Assembly (NCBI GenBank): GCA_043804515.1 | Contig: JAZDIZ010000051.1 | Span: 1-39,219 of the forward strand | Direction of reading: 5' to 3' | Source: Pseudomonadota bacterium | Lineage (GTDB): Bacteria; Bdellovibrionota_G; JALEGL01; DATDPG01 | Length of the DNA: 39,219 nt | Shown: piece by piece, positions 9,899 to 18,729 of the stretch | Position numbering within the stretch: the first letter of the stretch is position 1 | Layout: each line of letters starts with the position of its first letter | The notes under the pieces: generated by a model | Database searches by the model: none | What the model was told of the DNA's origin: nothing | Seen by the model: only the letters and a program-made list of their open reading frames with translations | Program-made: the position numbers and the translations under genes

Positions 9899-10444
9899 AT
9901 GATCAAGGTCGTCCGGTTGCTGAGTCTGGTCGTTTTTCTCTCGCTGCTGCCGTTAAGTGCCCACGCCTCGATCGGCTTGGGCGTCGGTGCCGTGGACAAG
10001 AGCCATTTCGGATACGCCGTCTCGTTCGGGGGAAGCCTTCCCGCGAATTTCGGAGTGGATTTCCAGATCGTGGGCTTCATGGACAAAGGCCTGATCGACA
10101 TTTACTGGCTTCAAACAAATGCGAACCTGAATTACGATTTTAATTTTCTTTGGAAGAAGTTCTCTGAAACGATCGAGCTTCATCCTTATATCAAAGGAGG
10201 GTTCACATACGGGTTCCTGTTTTCGAACGCCGCAGACGTCAGCGTCAAAATGGGACGCGGTCCGGGGTTCAATTTCGGCGGCGGGATCGATTGGAAGATT
10301 TTTCCGTTTCTCACGATCGGGGCCGACCTCACGGGGAGCGTCGTCTACCTCGACGGATCAACGCTCTCCGGTTTCGGAATCACGCCGAACGAGACGAAAG
10401 CCGTCTTCAACGCGCTCGCGTTTTTCAAGTTCTTCGCTTATTAA
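9899..10444 (+). CDS. small outer-membrane beta-barrel protein (OmpA-like barrel)
   Basis: Signal peptide ending AHA; amphipathic strands (LHPYIKGGFTY, GFNFGGGIDW); aromatic C-terminus. Confidence 0.75.
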   Translation: MIKVVRLLSLVVFLSLLPLSAHASIGLGVGAVDKSHFGYAVSFGGSLPANFGVDFQIVGFMDKGLIDIYWLQTNANLNYDFNFLWKKFSETIELHPYIKGGFTYGFLFSNAADVSVKMGRGPGFNFGGGIDWKIFPFLTIGADLTGSVVYLDGSTLSGFGITPNETKAVFNALAFFKFFAY

Positions 10445-10622
10445 TGGTGGGCACGGGGAATTGGTGGCCAAGCTGATGGAAGTCGCAAGGCCCGGGACTT
10501 CCCTGGAGACCGATCTGGAGGTCGGTTCTTTTGTGTCCGAGCGGGCCGCGGACGAGTTCAGGATTTTGATCAAGAGAGGCGCCGGCGAAACCGTGCGCCC
10601 CTCTCTCTGGAGGTAATCGTCT

Positions 10623-11798
10623 ATGGACTATTTTCTGACCGACACACAGAAAGAGATGCAACGCCTGGCGAGGGAAATCGCCCGCAAGGAAATCCGGCCG
10701 GTGGCGGCCCAATACGACAAGACCGGCGAGTTCCCGTGGCCGATCGTGAAGATCATCGCCGAGACCGACCTTTTCGGTTGCTTCATTGACGAGGCCTACG
10801 ACGGCATCGCCGGAGGCACGCCTATCTTCAATATGGTGCTGATCACCGAGGCCCTTTCGCACGAATGCGGCGGAATCGCGTTGAGCTTCGCGGGCACAGC
10901 TCTGGGGGCGCTTCCTATCGTCCTGTCGGGAAGCGAAGAGCAGAAGAAAAAGTTCCTTCCCGATATCGCCGCGGGCAAGCGCCTGGCGGCCTTTGCGTTG
11001 ACCGAGCCTCAAGCGGGCTCGGATGCCGCCGCCATCAAGACGACCGCCCGCAAGGACGGGGACCATTACATCCTGAACGGCACGAAGCAGTGGATCACGA
11101 ACGGCGGCGAGGCGGAGGTGTACTCCGTCTTCGTGCTCACGAACCCCGAAAAGGGGCCTCGCGGAGCCTCGTGTATCGTCGTGGAAAAGGGCACGCCCGG
11201 GTTCACGTTCGGGAAGAAAGAGGACAAGATGGGGATCCGCGCTTCGGCCACGCGCGAACTCGTCTTCGAAAACTGCAGGGTGCCCGCCGCAAACCGCCTC
11301 GGCGCGGAAGGAACCGGCTTCATCACGGCCATGCGGGTGTTTGACGTTTCGCGCCCCGGTGTGGCGTCCCAGGCCGTCGGGATCGCGCAAGGGGCGCTGG
11401 ACCTCGCCGTGGAATACGCGTGCACGCGCAGGCAGTTCGGCTCGCCCGTGTCGGCCTTCCAGGGCCTCCGGTTCCAGCTGGCCGACATGGCCATGAACGT
11501 GGAAGCCGCGCGAGCCCTGACGTATGCCGTGGCCCGCTACATCGATTCGAAACCGAAGGAACGGCCCACGATGTACTCGGCCATGTCGAAGTGTTTCGCG
11601 TCCGACGTCGCCGTGCAGGTCACGATCGAGGCCCTGCAGGTGTTCGGCGGCTATGGATACATGCGCGACTATCCCATCGAGAAGTACATGCGGGACGCCA
11701 AAGTCACGCAGATTTACGAGGGGACGAACCAGATCCAGAGGGAAGAGATCAGCAAGGCCCTGGTGAGCGGGCAAACGCGCGCGGCGGTGCATGCGTAA
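10623..11798 (+). CDS. acyl-CoA dehydrogenase (butyryl-CoA dehydrogenase-like)
   Basis: FALTEPQAGSDA, LNGTKQWITNG, KEDKMGIRAS, RRQFG, GGYGYMRDYPIEKYMRDAKVTQIYEGTNQIQ. Confidence 0.97.
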   Translation: MDYFLTDTQKEMQRLAREIARKEIRPVAAQYDKTGEFPWPIVKIIAETDLFGCFIDEAYDGIAGGTPIFNMVLITEALSHECGGIALSFAGTALGALPIVLSGSEEQKKKFLPDIAAGKRLAAFALTEPQAGSDAAAIKTTARKDGDHYILNGTKQWITNGGEAEVYSVFVLTNPEKGPRGASCIVVEKGTPGFTFGKKEDKMGIRASATRELVFENCRVPAANRLGAEGTGFITAMRVFDVSRPGVASQAVGIAQGALDLAVEYACTRRQFGSPVSAFQGLRFQLADMAMNVEAARALTYAVARYIDSKPKERPTMYSAMSKCFASDVAVQVTIEALQVFGGYGYMRDYPIEKYMRDAKVTQIYEGTNQIQREEISKALVSGQTRAAVHA

Positions 11799-11980
11799 AT
11801 CCACGGTCCCCGTATTTTTTGTCTGACCAGAAAGGGGGACGGAGGTCGGCTGAAGGAGTTCATCCCTTGGCCCAAACCCGACGAATTCCTTCCTATTTCC
11901 AGGGCAGGAACTCTTCGGACGCCGGGCTTATCAACCCGGGGTCTGTGCCCAAATTCGCGCGCTCGTAAGCCGGGAAAGGA

Positions 11981-12277
11981 TCATAGGCCGTTGGTGCCGT
12001 GACAGGAGGCGCAGCTCGCCTCGCCGTCCTCCTGAACGATCTGCGCAATCGCGTTTAGATCGATGCCTGAAAGCGGCGTACGGTTCACCCTGTGGATATT
12101 GGTCGGCGGGTGGCAATCGAAACACTCCGTCCGTTGCCATCCGTCCGGGTGTTTTTCCAGCGTCAGGATGAACTGGGACGGTGTCGCCGTGAGATCCCCG
12201 TAATTTTCGCCGACCTCGTTGTGTCCGCATCCGAGGAGAAGCGCGCCCAGAAACAGGATCACCAATCTTCTCGGCAT
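11981..12277 (-). CDS. small diheme c-type cytochrome lipoprotein
   Basis: Lipobox LLLGC; CFDCH, CASCH; ATG overlaps the upstream stop (TGATG). Confidence 0.85.
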   Translation of the reverse strand: MPRRLVILFLGALLLGCGHNEVGENYGDLTATPSQFILTLEKHPDGWQRTECFDCHPPTNIHRVNRTPLSGIDLNAIAQIVQEDGEASCASCHGTNGL

Positions 12278-12885
12278 CAGAACGAGACTCCTCTCCGCGT
12301 GTGGCAATCACGGCAGTAACCGATCTGATGACAGGATCCGCACGCGTGAGGGTTCCCTCGGGCCTCCACCGAGTGGTAGTAGCGGAACGTGCGCGCATGG
12401 ACCGTCTGTTGGATCGTATCCCGTTGTAGGTGGCAATTCGTGCACGTCGACCGCTCGTGGCAGCCCATGCATTTGAAGTCATCCAAGCGTGAAAAGACGG
12501 CGTGGCGCTGCTTCCAATCGAGGCGGTGGTCCGCGGGCTCGACGGGCTTGAGATCCGTGTGGCAGAGAACGCAACGCTGCGGCGCCTTCGCTTCCATCTC
12601 GGTATTGCGGTGGCAGTCGTGGCACTTGAAACGCCGCCCCGGACCGGTTGATTTGATCACCGAGGAGAGCGCTTGTTTCTCCGGGTGACAGCTCAGGCAA
12701 TTGAGGCCGCGGTCCCGGATCACCTCCCGGTGGTCGTCGTGGCTGAAAAGATACGACATGCTTACGACCTGTAGCGGGTCCACTTCCCTCTGGTCCATAT
12801 CCTTAATACACCCCAAAAACGCCGCGAGGGTCGCAGGGATCAGGAAGGCCAGAAGCCGCGGGCGCGTTCGCTCAGAAATAAACAT
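12277..12885 (-). CDS. heptaheme c-type cytochrome lipoprotein
   Basis: Lipobox FLGC; CLSCH, CHDCH, CVLCH, CMGCH, CTNCH, CGSCH, CRDCH. Confidence 0.9.
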   Translation of the reverse strand: MFISERTRPRLLAFLIPATLAAFLGCIKDMDQREVDPLQVVSMSYLFSHDDHREVIRDRGLNCLSCHPEKQALSSVIKSTGPGRRFKCHDCHRNTEMEAKAPQRCVLCHTDLKPVEPADHRLDWKQRHAVFSRLDDFKCMGCHERSTCTNCHLQRDTIQQTVHARTFRYYHSVEARGNPHACGSCHQIGYCRDCHTRRGVSF

Positions 12886-14101
12886 ACTGAAGCACCATTC
12901 CCGCTCTGAAATCCCTCGATTGATACACGTTCGTGTTGAATTCGGCGTCGGCTCCCAATTTCAGTCCCCACGCCAACGTGTAGTTGACGCCTACCCCGCC
13001 GTGGAACGCATAGTCTTTCGACCCGGTGATTTTATCGTACCGCGCCACGGCCAGGCCGGCCCGGCCCCGCCAGCCCCTCAAGAACTCCTTCTCAAGACGC
13101 GCTCGCAGGCCGTAGGCTCTCCCGCCGTAGCTTTCGTCGTAAAAAAGATCCGAGTCCAAAAGCCAGGGGCGTTCTCCCCGCATCCAGGAAGCGCCGAGGG
13201 ATCCGAGGTGTCCGTTCCGGCTCACGCCGTTGAGCACGTCGTACGTTTGGTAACTGTACCCTCCCCTCACGGTGAACCCCTTCACCACCTCCACGGCGAC
13301 CGCTCCCCCCTCCTGCCAGAGATCCTGGCGGGCGAACAGCGTGTAGATCCGGTCCTGCCACAGATAGCCGTCGTTCGGCTCGTTCCACCGCGAGACGTCG
13401 CCCGAAACCCTGATTTTCGAATGCGGGTGCAACTCAAATCCGCTGCGCAGGCTGGTAAGTCTGCTCCCGTTCGTCAGATACGATGCGGCGCCGTAGAGAA
13501 CCGGCGTCCAAAGTACCGGGATCGCCTGTTCGACGGAACCGGTCACCTCGTTCCGGTGCACGCCGTCCAGATCGTCCTGGTATCCAAAACCCGCTTTGAT
13601 CGTCGTGACCGAGATCGGCATCAGGCGGATTTCCCCGCCCGTGAACAGCGCCCGCTTCGTGAATTTGGAGACTTCGTATTGGCGCCGGGCGCCTCCGAAG
13701 AACCGGAACGAGAACCTCCTCTTCGCGCCGAACCAAGCCTCCACGCCGTCCAAAGGCACGGCATATTCCGGGGCATTCAGAAAAAACCGGCCCGCGTGAA
13801 CGAACGTCCCTCCCAAGGAGGCCGAACCGTAGGAAACGTCCGCCGCAAAAAGGTCCCCCGTCGACTCCTTCGCCGCGGCATCCAATACGGCCTGTCCGTC
13901 CAGCGAGAGGGAAAGGTTCGTACCCTTAATCGGCGTATCCAGCCGGAATTGATTCACCCAGGGGAATTCCCGGTCTCCCAAGTCGTTCTTACGGAACTGA
14001 TTGATGCTGTCGAATTCGAACGTGTCGGCGCGAACGGACCCGGCCTCCGCTAGGAGCAGGGCAAGAAACCCGATCACAACAAAGAACCCCTGTCGGCACA
14101 T
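12872..14101 (-). CDS. outer-membrane beta-barrel (cytochrome-associated porin-like)
   Basis: Signal peptide; many amphipathic aromatic strands; C-terminal ...VLQYVYF; first gene of an operon with two cytochrome lipoproteins. Confidence 0.8.
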   Translation of the reverse strand: MCRQGFFVVIGFLALLLAEAGSVRADTFEFDSINQFRKNDLGDREFPWVNQFRLDTPIKGTNLSLSLDGQAVLDAAAKESTGDLFAADVSYGSASLGGTFVHAGRFFLNAPEYAVPLDGVEAWFGAKRRFSFRFFGGARRQYEVSKFTKRALFTGGEIRLMPISVTTIKAGFGYQDDLDGVHRNEVTGSVEQAIPVLWTPVLYGAASYLTNGSRLTSLRSGFELHPHSKIRVSGDVSRWNEPNDGYLWQDRIYTLFARQDLWQEGGAVAVEVVKGFTVRGGYSYQTYDVLNGVSRNGHLGSLGASWMRGERPWLLDSDLFYDESYGGRAYGLRARLEKEFLRGWRGRAGLAVARYDKITGSKDYAFHGGVGVNYTLAWGLKLGADAEFNTNVYQSRDFRAGMVLQYVYF

Positions 14102-14187
14102 GAGCTAGCCTTTGTTTTTTTCAGTTTTTGGTTTCTTTGGAAAGAAATTATGGTTTATCTGAGCGCTTGCCGCGGCACTCAAACCAC

Positions 14188-14895
14188 GTGACGGCCGAAT
14201 TGATCCCAATCCTGATCTTTCTCATGTTTTCGACGGCCTATGCCGCACCCGCCGCCAAGCCCAAAGGATGTGTCTCGGCCGAATGCCACGGAACCATGCT
14301 GAAGAAGGCCTTTGTCCACACCGCCGTTAATGAGGACTCCTGCCAGGATTGCCATTCCGCTTCCAAAGGTTCCGCGCCGTACGAATCGGGAGCACGTCAT
14401 CGCTTTGACAAGGTTTCGGTTCCCAAGAAGTGTTTCGAGTGTCACGAAGCCCCCCAGGGAGCGTCGGTCCACGAGCCCGTCCGTGGGGGGGAGTGCCTTT
14501 CGTGCCACAACCCCCACGCTTCGGACCAGAAACACCTCCTGGCCAGGCCCTATTCGGCGGGCTGGTACGGCGACCCGACGGCCAAGGCCTATGCTCTCTG
14601 TTTTGACTGTCACGACGAGAAAATGCTCCTGGAAAAGAAGACGGGCGACGCCACGGAATTCCGCGACGGCACGAGGAATTTGCATTTCGTCCACGTCCTG
14701 GCGCTTCCGCGCGGACGTTCGTGTTCGGCCTGCCACGGCGTACATGCCGCGGAGGGGGCCAAGCTGATTCCGACGTCCGTGCCCTTCTTCGGCTACCGCG
14801 TACCGCTGAATTTCAGGGCCGGCGATAAGGGCGCCAGCTGTTTTCCCGCCTGCCACGAGAAGAAGATGTACGTCAGAAGCGCAAAGTCCCACTAG
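14188..14895 (+). CDS. multiheme cytochrome c (paired-CXXCH / c3-like), 7 motifs
   Basis: Signal peptide (STAYA); CVSAECH, CQDCH, CFECH, CLSCH, CFDCH, CSACH, CFPACH. Start uncertain (track gives 14128). Confidence 0.88.
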   Translation: MTAELIPILIFLMFSTAYAAPAAKPKGCVSAECHGTMLKKAFVHTAVNEDSCQDCHSASKGSAPYESGARHRFDKVSVPKKCFECHEAPQGASVHEPVRGGECLSCHNPHASDQKHLLARPYSAGWYGDPTAKAYALCFDCHDEKMLLEKKTGDATEFRDGTRNLHFVHVLALPRGRSCSACHGVHAAEGAKLIPTSVPFFGYRVPLNFRAGDKGASCFPACHEKKMYVRSAKSH

Positions 14896-14923
14896 TCGCG
14901 CGGAAATCCGATTCGACGCAACC

Positions 14924-14966
14924 TTGATCCAGATCAGGAAAAAATCGCTTCATACTGTGGCATGAT
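14924..14966 (+). promoter_or_regulatory. FNR/CRP-family box with extended -10
   Basis: TTGAT-CCAG-ATCAG (9/10 to TTGAT-N4-ATCAA) at 14924-14937; TG-G-CATGAT at 14958-14966. Confidence 0.5.
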
Positions 14967-14972
14967 AGGTAG

Positions 14973-15842
14973 ATGCGCACACGCCAATCCGGCGTTCCGG
15001 TGCTTTGGTTGTCGTTTCTGGGTGCCGCGTCACTTCTTCTCAGCGGTTGTTCCAATTCCAAATTGGACACGACGGCGTCAAACGACTCCAAACTCGGGCT
15101 CTGTTCCGCCTGCCATGGTTCCGAAAGCTCACCCGGCCCCCCCAGAGATCTGAACGGCGACACATCGACCGCGTTGCGAGGGATCGGCGCCCACGAAGCT
15201 CATCTCTTAACCGCGGCGATCGCCTCACCCACCGATTGTTCCGAGTGCCACGTGGTTCCGAGCGGCATCATGGACGCGAACCATATGGACGGTGATCTTC
15301 GAGCCGAAGTGATTTTCGGAACGGTCGCGACGACGGGAGGAGCTTTGCCGTCGTGGGACGGATCAAAATGCACGAACACCTACTGTCACGGCGCCACGCT
15401 CGGCGGCGGCACGAAGACAACGCCCGCCTGGACAACGGTGGATGGAACACAGGCCGCGTGCGGAAACTGCCACAGCCTTCCACCTCCCGCTCCGCATACG
15501 GACCAAACCGCGTGCGAAACCTGCCACAGCACCGTAGCCGGCCCGGGCCAAGTGATCATCAATAAGAATCTGCACGTCAACGGGAACGTGGACGTAGCGA
15601 CGGCGTGCGGCAGCTGTCATTTGATCCCACCCGATATCGGCCAACACCAGCGATCTGAACACGTCGACGCCGGCTGCGCGGCCTGTCATGGAACCGGATA
15701 CAGCTCCACGACCGTCCGGGCCGCGGATCACATCAACGGCGTGAAAAATGTCGGAGGCAGTGGGTCAAGAATCAATTCCTGGAACGGGTCGACCTGCTCA
15801 TCCACGTGCCACGGATCCGAATCATGGCTCGGAGGCGGGTAG
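14973..15842 (+). CDS. CxxxxCH/CxxCH-domain multiheme cytochrome lipoprotein, 8 motifs
   Basis: Lipobox LLSGC; CSACH, CSECH, CTNTYCH, CGNCH, CETCH, CGSCH, CAACH, CSSTCH; Geobacter-type HxDG/HxNG repeats. Confidence 0.9.
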   Translation: MRTRQSGVPVLWLSFLGAASLLLSGCSNSKLDTTASNDSKLGLCSACHGSESSPGPPRDLNGDTSTALRGIGAHEAHLLTAAIASPTDCSECHVVPSGIMDANHMDGDLRAEVIFGTVATTGGALPSWDGSKCTNTYCHGATLGGGTKTTPAWTTVDGTQAACGNCHSLPPPAPHTDQTACETCHSTVAGPGQVIINKNLHVNGNVDVATACGSCHLIPPDIGQHQRSEHVDAGCAACHGTGYSSTTVRAADHINGVKNVGGSGSRINSWNGSTCSSTCHGSESWLGGG

Positions 15843-15866
15843 AGGTAGATGTAACCGACAAACGAC

Positions 15867-17738
15867 TCACTTCGCGGGTGGTGCGGGGAGGAACGTGGCA
15901 CCCATAACCAACCCTTCGGAGCGGAAGCTCCGACCCTGAGGGACTTCCTCGGCGTAATCGTACCGGAACCCGCCCATCATCACGCGGAACCGCTTGAAGA
16001 GAAAGTTGATGCGCGGTTCGACCCGCGAAACCTTGCAAGCGAACGGGCCCGTCGTGTCGAGGCGGTTCGCGTGAAACTCCGCCCGGCAAAATGGCGCGAT
16101 CGTCCATTCCGCGCCCAGATACGTCGACCGGTCGGTCCAATCATCGGTCAGATCGCTCGGCATCTCGCCGTCCTCCGAGAAGATCGCGATCCTGTTCTTC
16201 GCGTCCAGCCAGGTGTACCCGCCTCGGACGGAGACGTTTCCGGCTTCGTAACCGGCCCCCAGCGTCAGGGCGTCGGAGTCACGCCTTCCCGCCGGTTCCG
16301 TCCGAAGCCGCCGTGTAGCCGTTCCTTCGACGTAGAAACCCCGCGGCGCCTTGTAGCGCACATTGAACCGATTTTTCCCCTCCCGCCGTGCACCCGCGTC
16401 CGTGAACGGACGATCCACGGTCCTCACTTCCTGGTTCGCCTTCACCCGCCAACCATGATCGGAATACTGCGCGCCGGCGCTTACGTAACGTCCCGTCTGA
16501 TCCACGGAAGGAGCCGGGCCGCCGGTACCCAAACCTTCCGACCCGATCGACCGGCCGTAGATGCCGCCGCCCAGATCGAACGAAAAAGGCCCGAAGGAAC
16601 CCAGCTCCAGGTCCACGTTTCCTTCCCTCTGCGTGACACCGACCCTCGTTGCCGAATCGGTTTCCATGCTGATCGGCACGCCCACGGAGATTCCCGTCCG
16701 TCTCACGAAAGCGGTGCCGTTCGTCTTGTCGCTTCCGGACCAGAACGTGACCCGGAGTGAAAGCGGGCGCGCGATTCTCCAGCGCCCCAGGAGCTTTCCG
16801 TAGTTCGCCAGCCGGCTTGCTTTGGAATCCGACACCTGCGTGATGTCCTTGACGGCGCCTCCCCGTGTCGTTTCCACGTCGTGTCGATCCGTCGTGGCGT
16901 GCTGACCCGCCTGAAGATGCGAATACTGTGCTCGGAATTGCACCGGCCCCTCCAGATACTGAGCGATGCCCGTGATCCGGTCCCGGCTTTCCTCCACCGG
17001 CCGATCCGAAGAGATCTCCCGGAGAACGGCCGGATCATTCGGATTGATTCCCGCTCCCGCACCTCCCGGCAGCGACCAAGCTTCCCGCCCGAGATCGTCC
17101 GTGTGGCCGTACTGGATATCCATCGAAGTGGGGCCACGGCCGGCGGACACGCGCGCCCGGTACTCATTCGACGTCCGTTGAACGGCGCTGTTCAACGCAA
17201 AAACGTCCGCCGTCGTCGCGAATGTGGTGCCGACGTCGCCGTCATACCGGTTCCGGTTGAACCCGAGGTCAACTCGCACGGGACTTCCGGGAAACAGGGC
17301 GAGTTCGCCGCCCGTGTCCCTCAATTTCGCATCGTGACCGTGCTGCCCCAGCGCCAACGCCGGGACGTCAAAGAACGAATTTCGGTACCGATCCCTTAGA
17401 TCCAGTCGATACCACGAATACTTTCTGAGCGTCGCTTCAACGGCGCCTTCCGGATCGGCGCCGAAACCGGAAAGATCCATGCGGATCTCGTCCACGAACT
17501 TATCCGGTCGAAAAATCACGAGTGAAAGTCTTGTGAGTGTGAGGCCGTTGTTCCTGTTCAAGAGAGTCTTGTATGCATTCTCGTCTCCCGTCAGATTCCG
17601 GGTCGTAAATTCTCCCGCGCCGAACCACTCGATCGTCACGGCGTTCTTCGGCGGAGAAGCCGGGGCGCTTTCCTGCGCCACCGCCTGCGACAGGCCCGCG
17701 AGAAGAGAGAGCGCGATGATGGCGGGAACGGTCCTCAT
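15867..17738 (-). CDS. MtrB/PioB-like large outer-membrane beta-barrel
   Basis: True start MRTVPAIIALSLL... overlaps the decaheme stop (ATGA); signal peptide; ~620 aa rich in amphipathic strands; directly downstream of a decaheme cytochrome. Confidence 0.75.
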   Translation of the reverse strand: MRTVPAIIALSLLAGLSQAVAQESAPASPPKNAVTIEWFGAGEFTTRNLTGDENAYKTLLNRNNGLTLTRLSLVIFRPDKFVDEIRMDLSGFGADPEGAVEATLRKYSWYRLDLRDRYRNSFFDVPALALGQHGHDAKLRDTGGELALFPGSPVRVDLGFNRNRYDGDVGTTFATTADVFALNSAVQRTSNEYRARVSAGRGPTSMDIQYGHTDDLGREAWSLPGGAGAGINPNDPAVLREISSDRPVEESRDRITGIAQYLEGPVQFRAQYSHLQAGQHATTDRHDVETTRGGAVKDITQVSDSKASRLANYGKLLGRWRIARPLSLRVTFWSGSDKTNGTAFVRRTGISVGVPISMETDSATRVGVTQREGNVDLELGSFGPFSFDLGGGIYGRSIGSEGLGTGGPAPSVDQTGRYVSAGAQYSDHGWRVKANQEVRTVDRPFTDAGARREGKNRFNVRYKAPRGFYVEGTATRRLRTEPAGRRDSDALTLGAGYEAGNVSVRGGYTWLDAKNRIAIFSEDGEMPSDLTDDWTDRSTYLGAEWTIAPFCRAEFHANRLDTTGPFACKVSRVEPRINFLFKRFRVMMGGFRYDYAEEVPQGRSFRSEGLVMGATFLPAPPAK

Positions 17739-18688
17739 TCCCGGAACACCGCGTTCAAGTGAGAGCCGTGAAAGGAGGGATGGCACGTCGTGCAACTTCC
17801 CGGTACGGCCCAGCCATGGCGCGAAGGAAGCCTCTGGTGGCACTCGCGGCACATGAGGTCCACATCCGGCCCCAGGAGCTTCGGGTGAGATGACCCGTGC
17901 GACGACTGGTGGCACAGGAAACAGCCCTCTTTAAAAACCGCACTATGGCTGAAAGCGAACGGTCCCGCCTGCCTCGAATGGCATTTCCCGCAGCGATCCA
18001 CGGAATCGGACTCAAATTCCCGCTCCTCGTTCCGGGCTGAATGCGGATCGTGGCAGGAGGAACAAGCGACGAACCCCAGAGGCTGGGGACTTCTACTCCG
18101 GGTCAATGGGCCGATTGGGTGACGGTACGGCGATCTGAATTCCGTTGCGACGGGTTCGTGACATGGGACACAGAGCTGCGGATCACTTAACTTGAGGAGG
18201 TGATCCGGCTCCGGCGTGTTTTCCCCCCACTCGGGTGAATCGAACGGCGGGGTTTCCTGCGGTCGGGTTGAACCGTTCTTCGCGTGAAAGTCTTGGAATC
18301 CCCGGCTGTGGATCTTATGACAGACGAAGCACGTGACTTGCTTATGCCGGTGCGTGCCGTCCTTGAACTGAGCAACCGATGGCGTGCGCCGGTGACATTG
18401 CATACAGATCGTCATCATTCGCTCGGCAGCCGCACCGGCTGTCAGAATCTTTGTGGGGGGACTCGGTTCCTCAACATGAGCCGAGCCGGGTCCGTGGCAG
18501 GTCTCGCAACCGAAGCCGGCAGGCAGCCGGCGGTTTCCCGGGCCATGCGGGCCTCGGGGAGGCGCCAGGTCGCCATGGCACTGAAGGCAGGCCTCCGACC
18601 CTATAAGTTCTTGTTTTTCTTGGGCTAATCCGGTCCCGAAAATCCCGAAAATCAGCAGCAATAACACTCCGACCTGACCGAAACGCAT
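17735..18688 (-). CDS. DmsE/MtrA-family decaheme c-type cytochrome
   Basis: Signal peptide; 10 CxxCH; GSEACLQCH, GCETCHGPGSAH, CSSCHDPH, GPFAFSH, CHPSFHGSH resemble the MtrA/DmsE layout. Confidence 0.9.
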   Translation of the reverse strand: MRFGQVGVLLLLIFGIFGTGLAQEKQELIGSEACLQCHGDLAPPRGPHGPGNRRLPAGFGCETCHGPGSAHVEEPSPPTKILTAGAAAERMMTICMQCHRRTPSVAQFKDGTHRHKQVTCFVCHKIHSRGFQDFHAKNGSTRPQETPPFDSPEWGENTPEPDHLLKLSDPQLCVPCHEPVATEFRSPYRHPIGPLTRSRSPQPLGFVACSSCHDPHSARNEEREFESDSVDRCGKCHSRQAGPFAFSHSAVFKEGCFLCHQSSHGSSHPKLLGPDVDLMCRECHQRLPSRHGWAVPGSCTTCHPSFHGSHLNAVFRE

Positions 18689-18729
18689 GTCGTCGCGTTA
18701 TTACACACTGCGTTAATTTCTGTCAATAA

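Noticed and set aside
10425..11804. Long antisense ORF (459 aa), and similar ones at 12701-14053, 25823-27040, 27018-28076 and 34885-36153
   Set aside because: Mirror frames of well-supported genes, caused by codon bias; no motifs.
11791..11980. Possible etfB/etfA remnant after the acyl-CoA dehydrogenase
   Set aside because: The overlapping ATG gives only an 11-codon peptide with no ETF motif.
17739..17915. N-terminal extension of the 682-aa barrel ORF
   Set aside because: It overlaps the decaheme gene; the signal peptide begins at the ATG at 17738.
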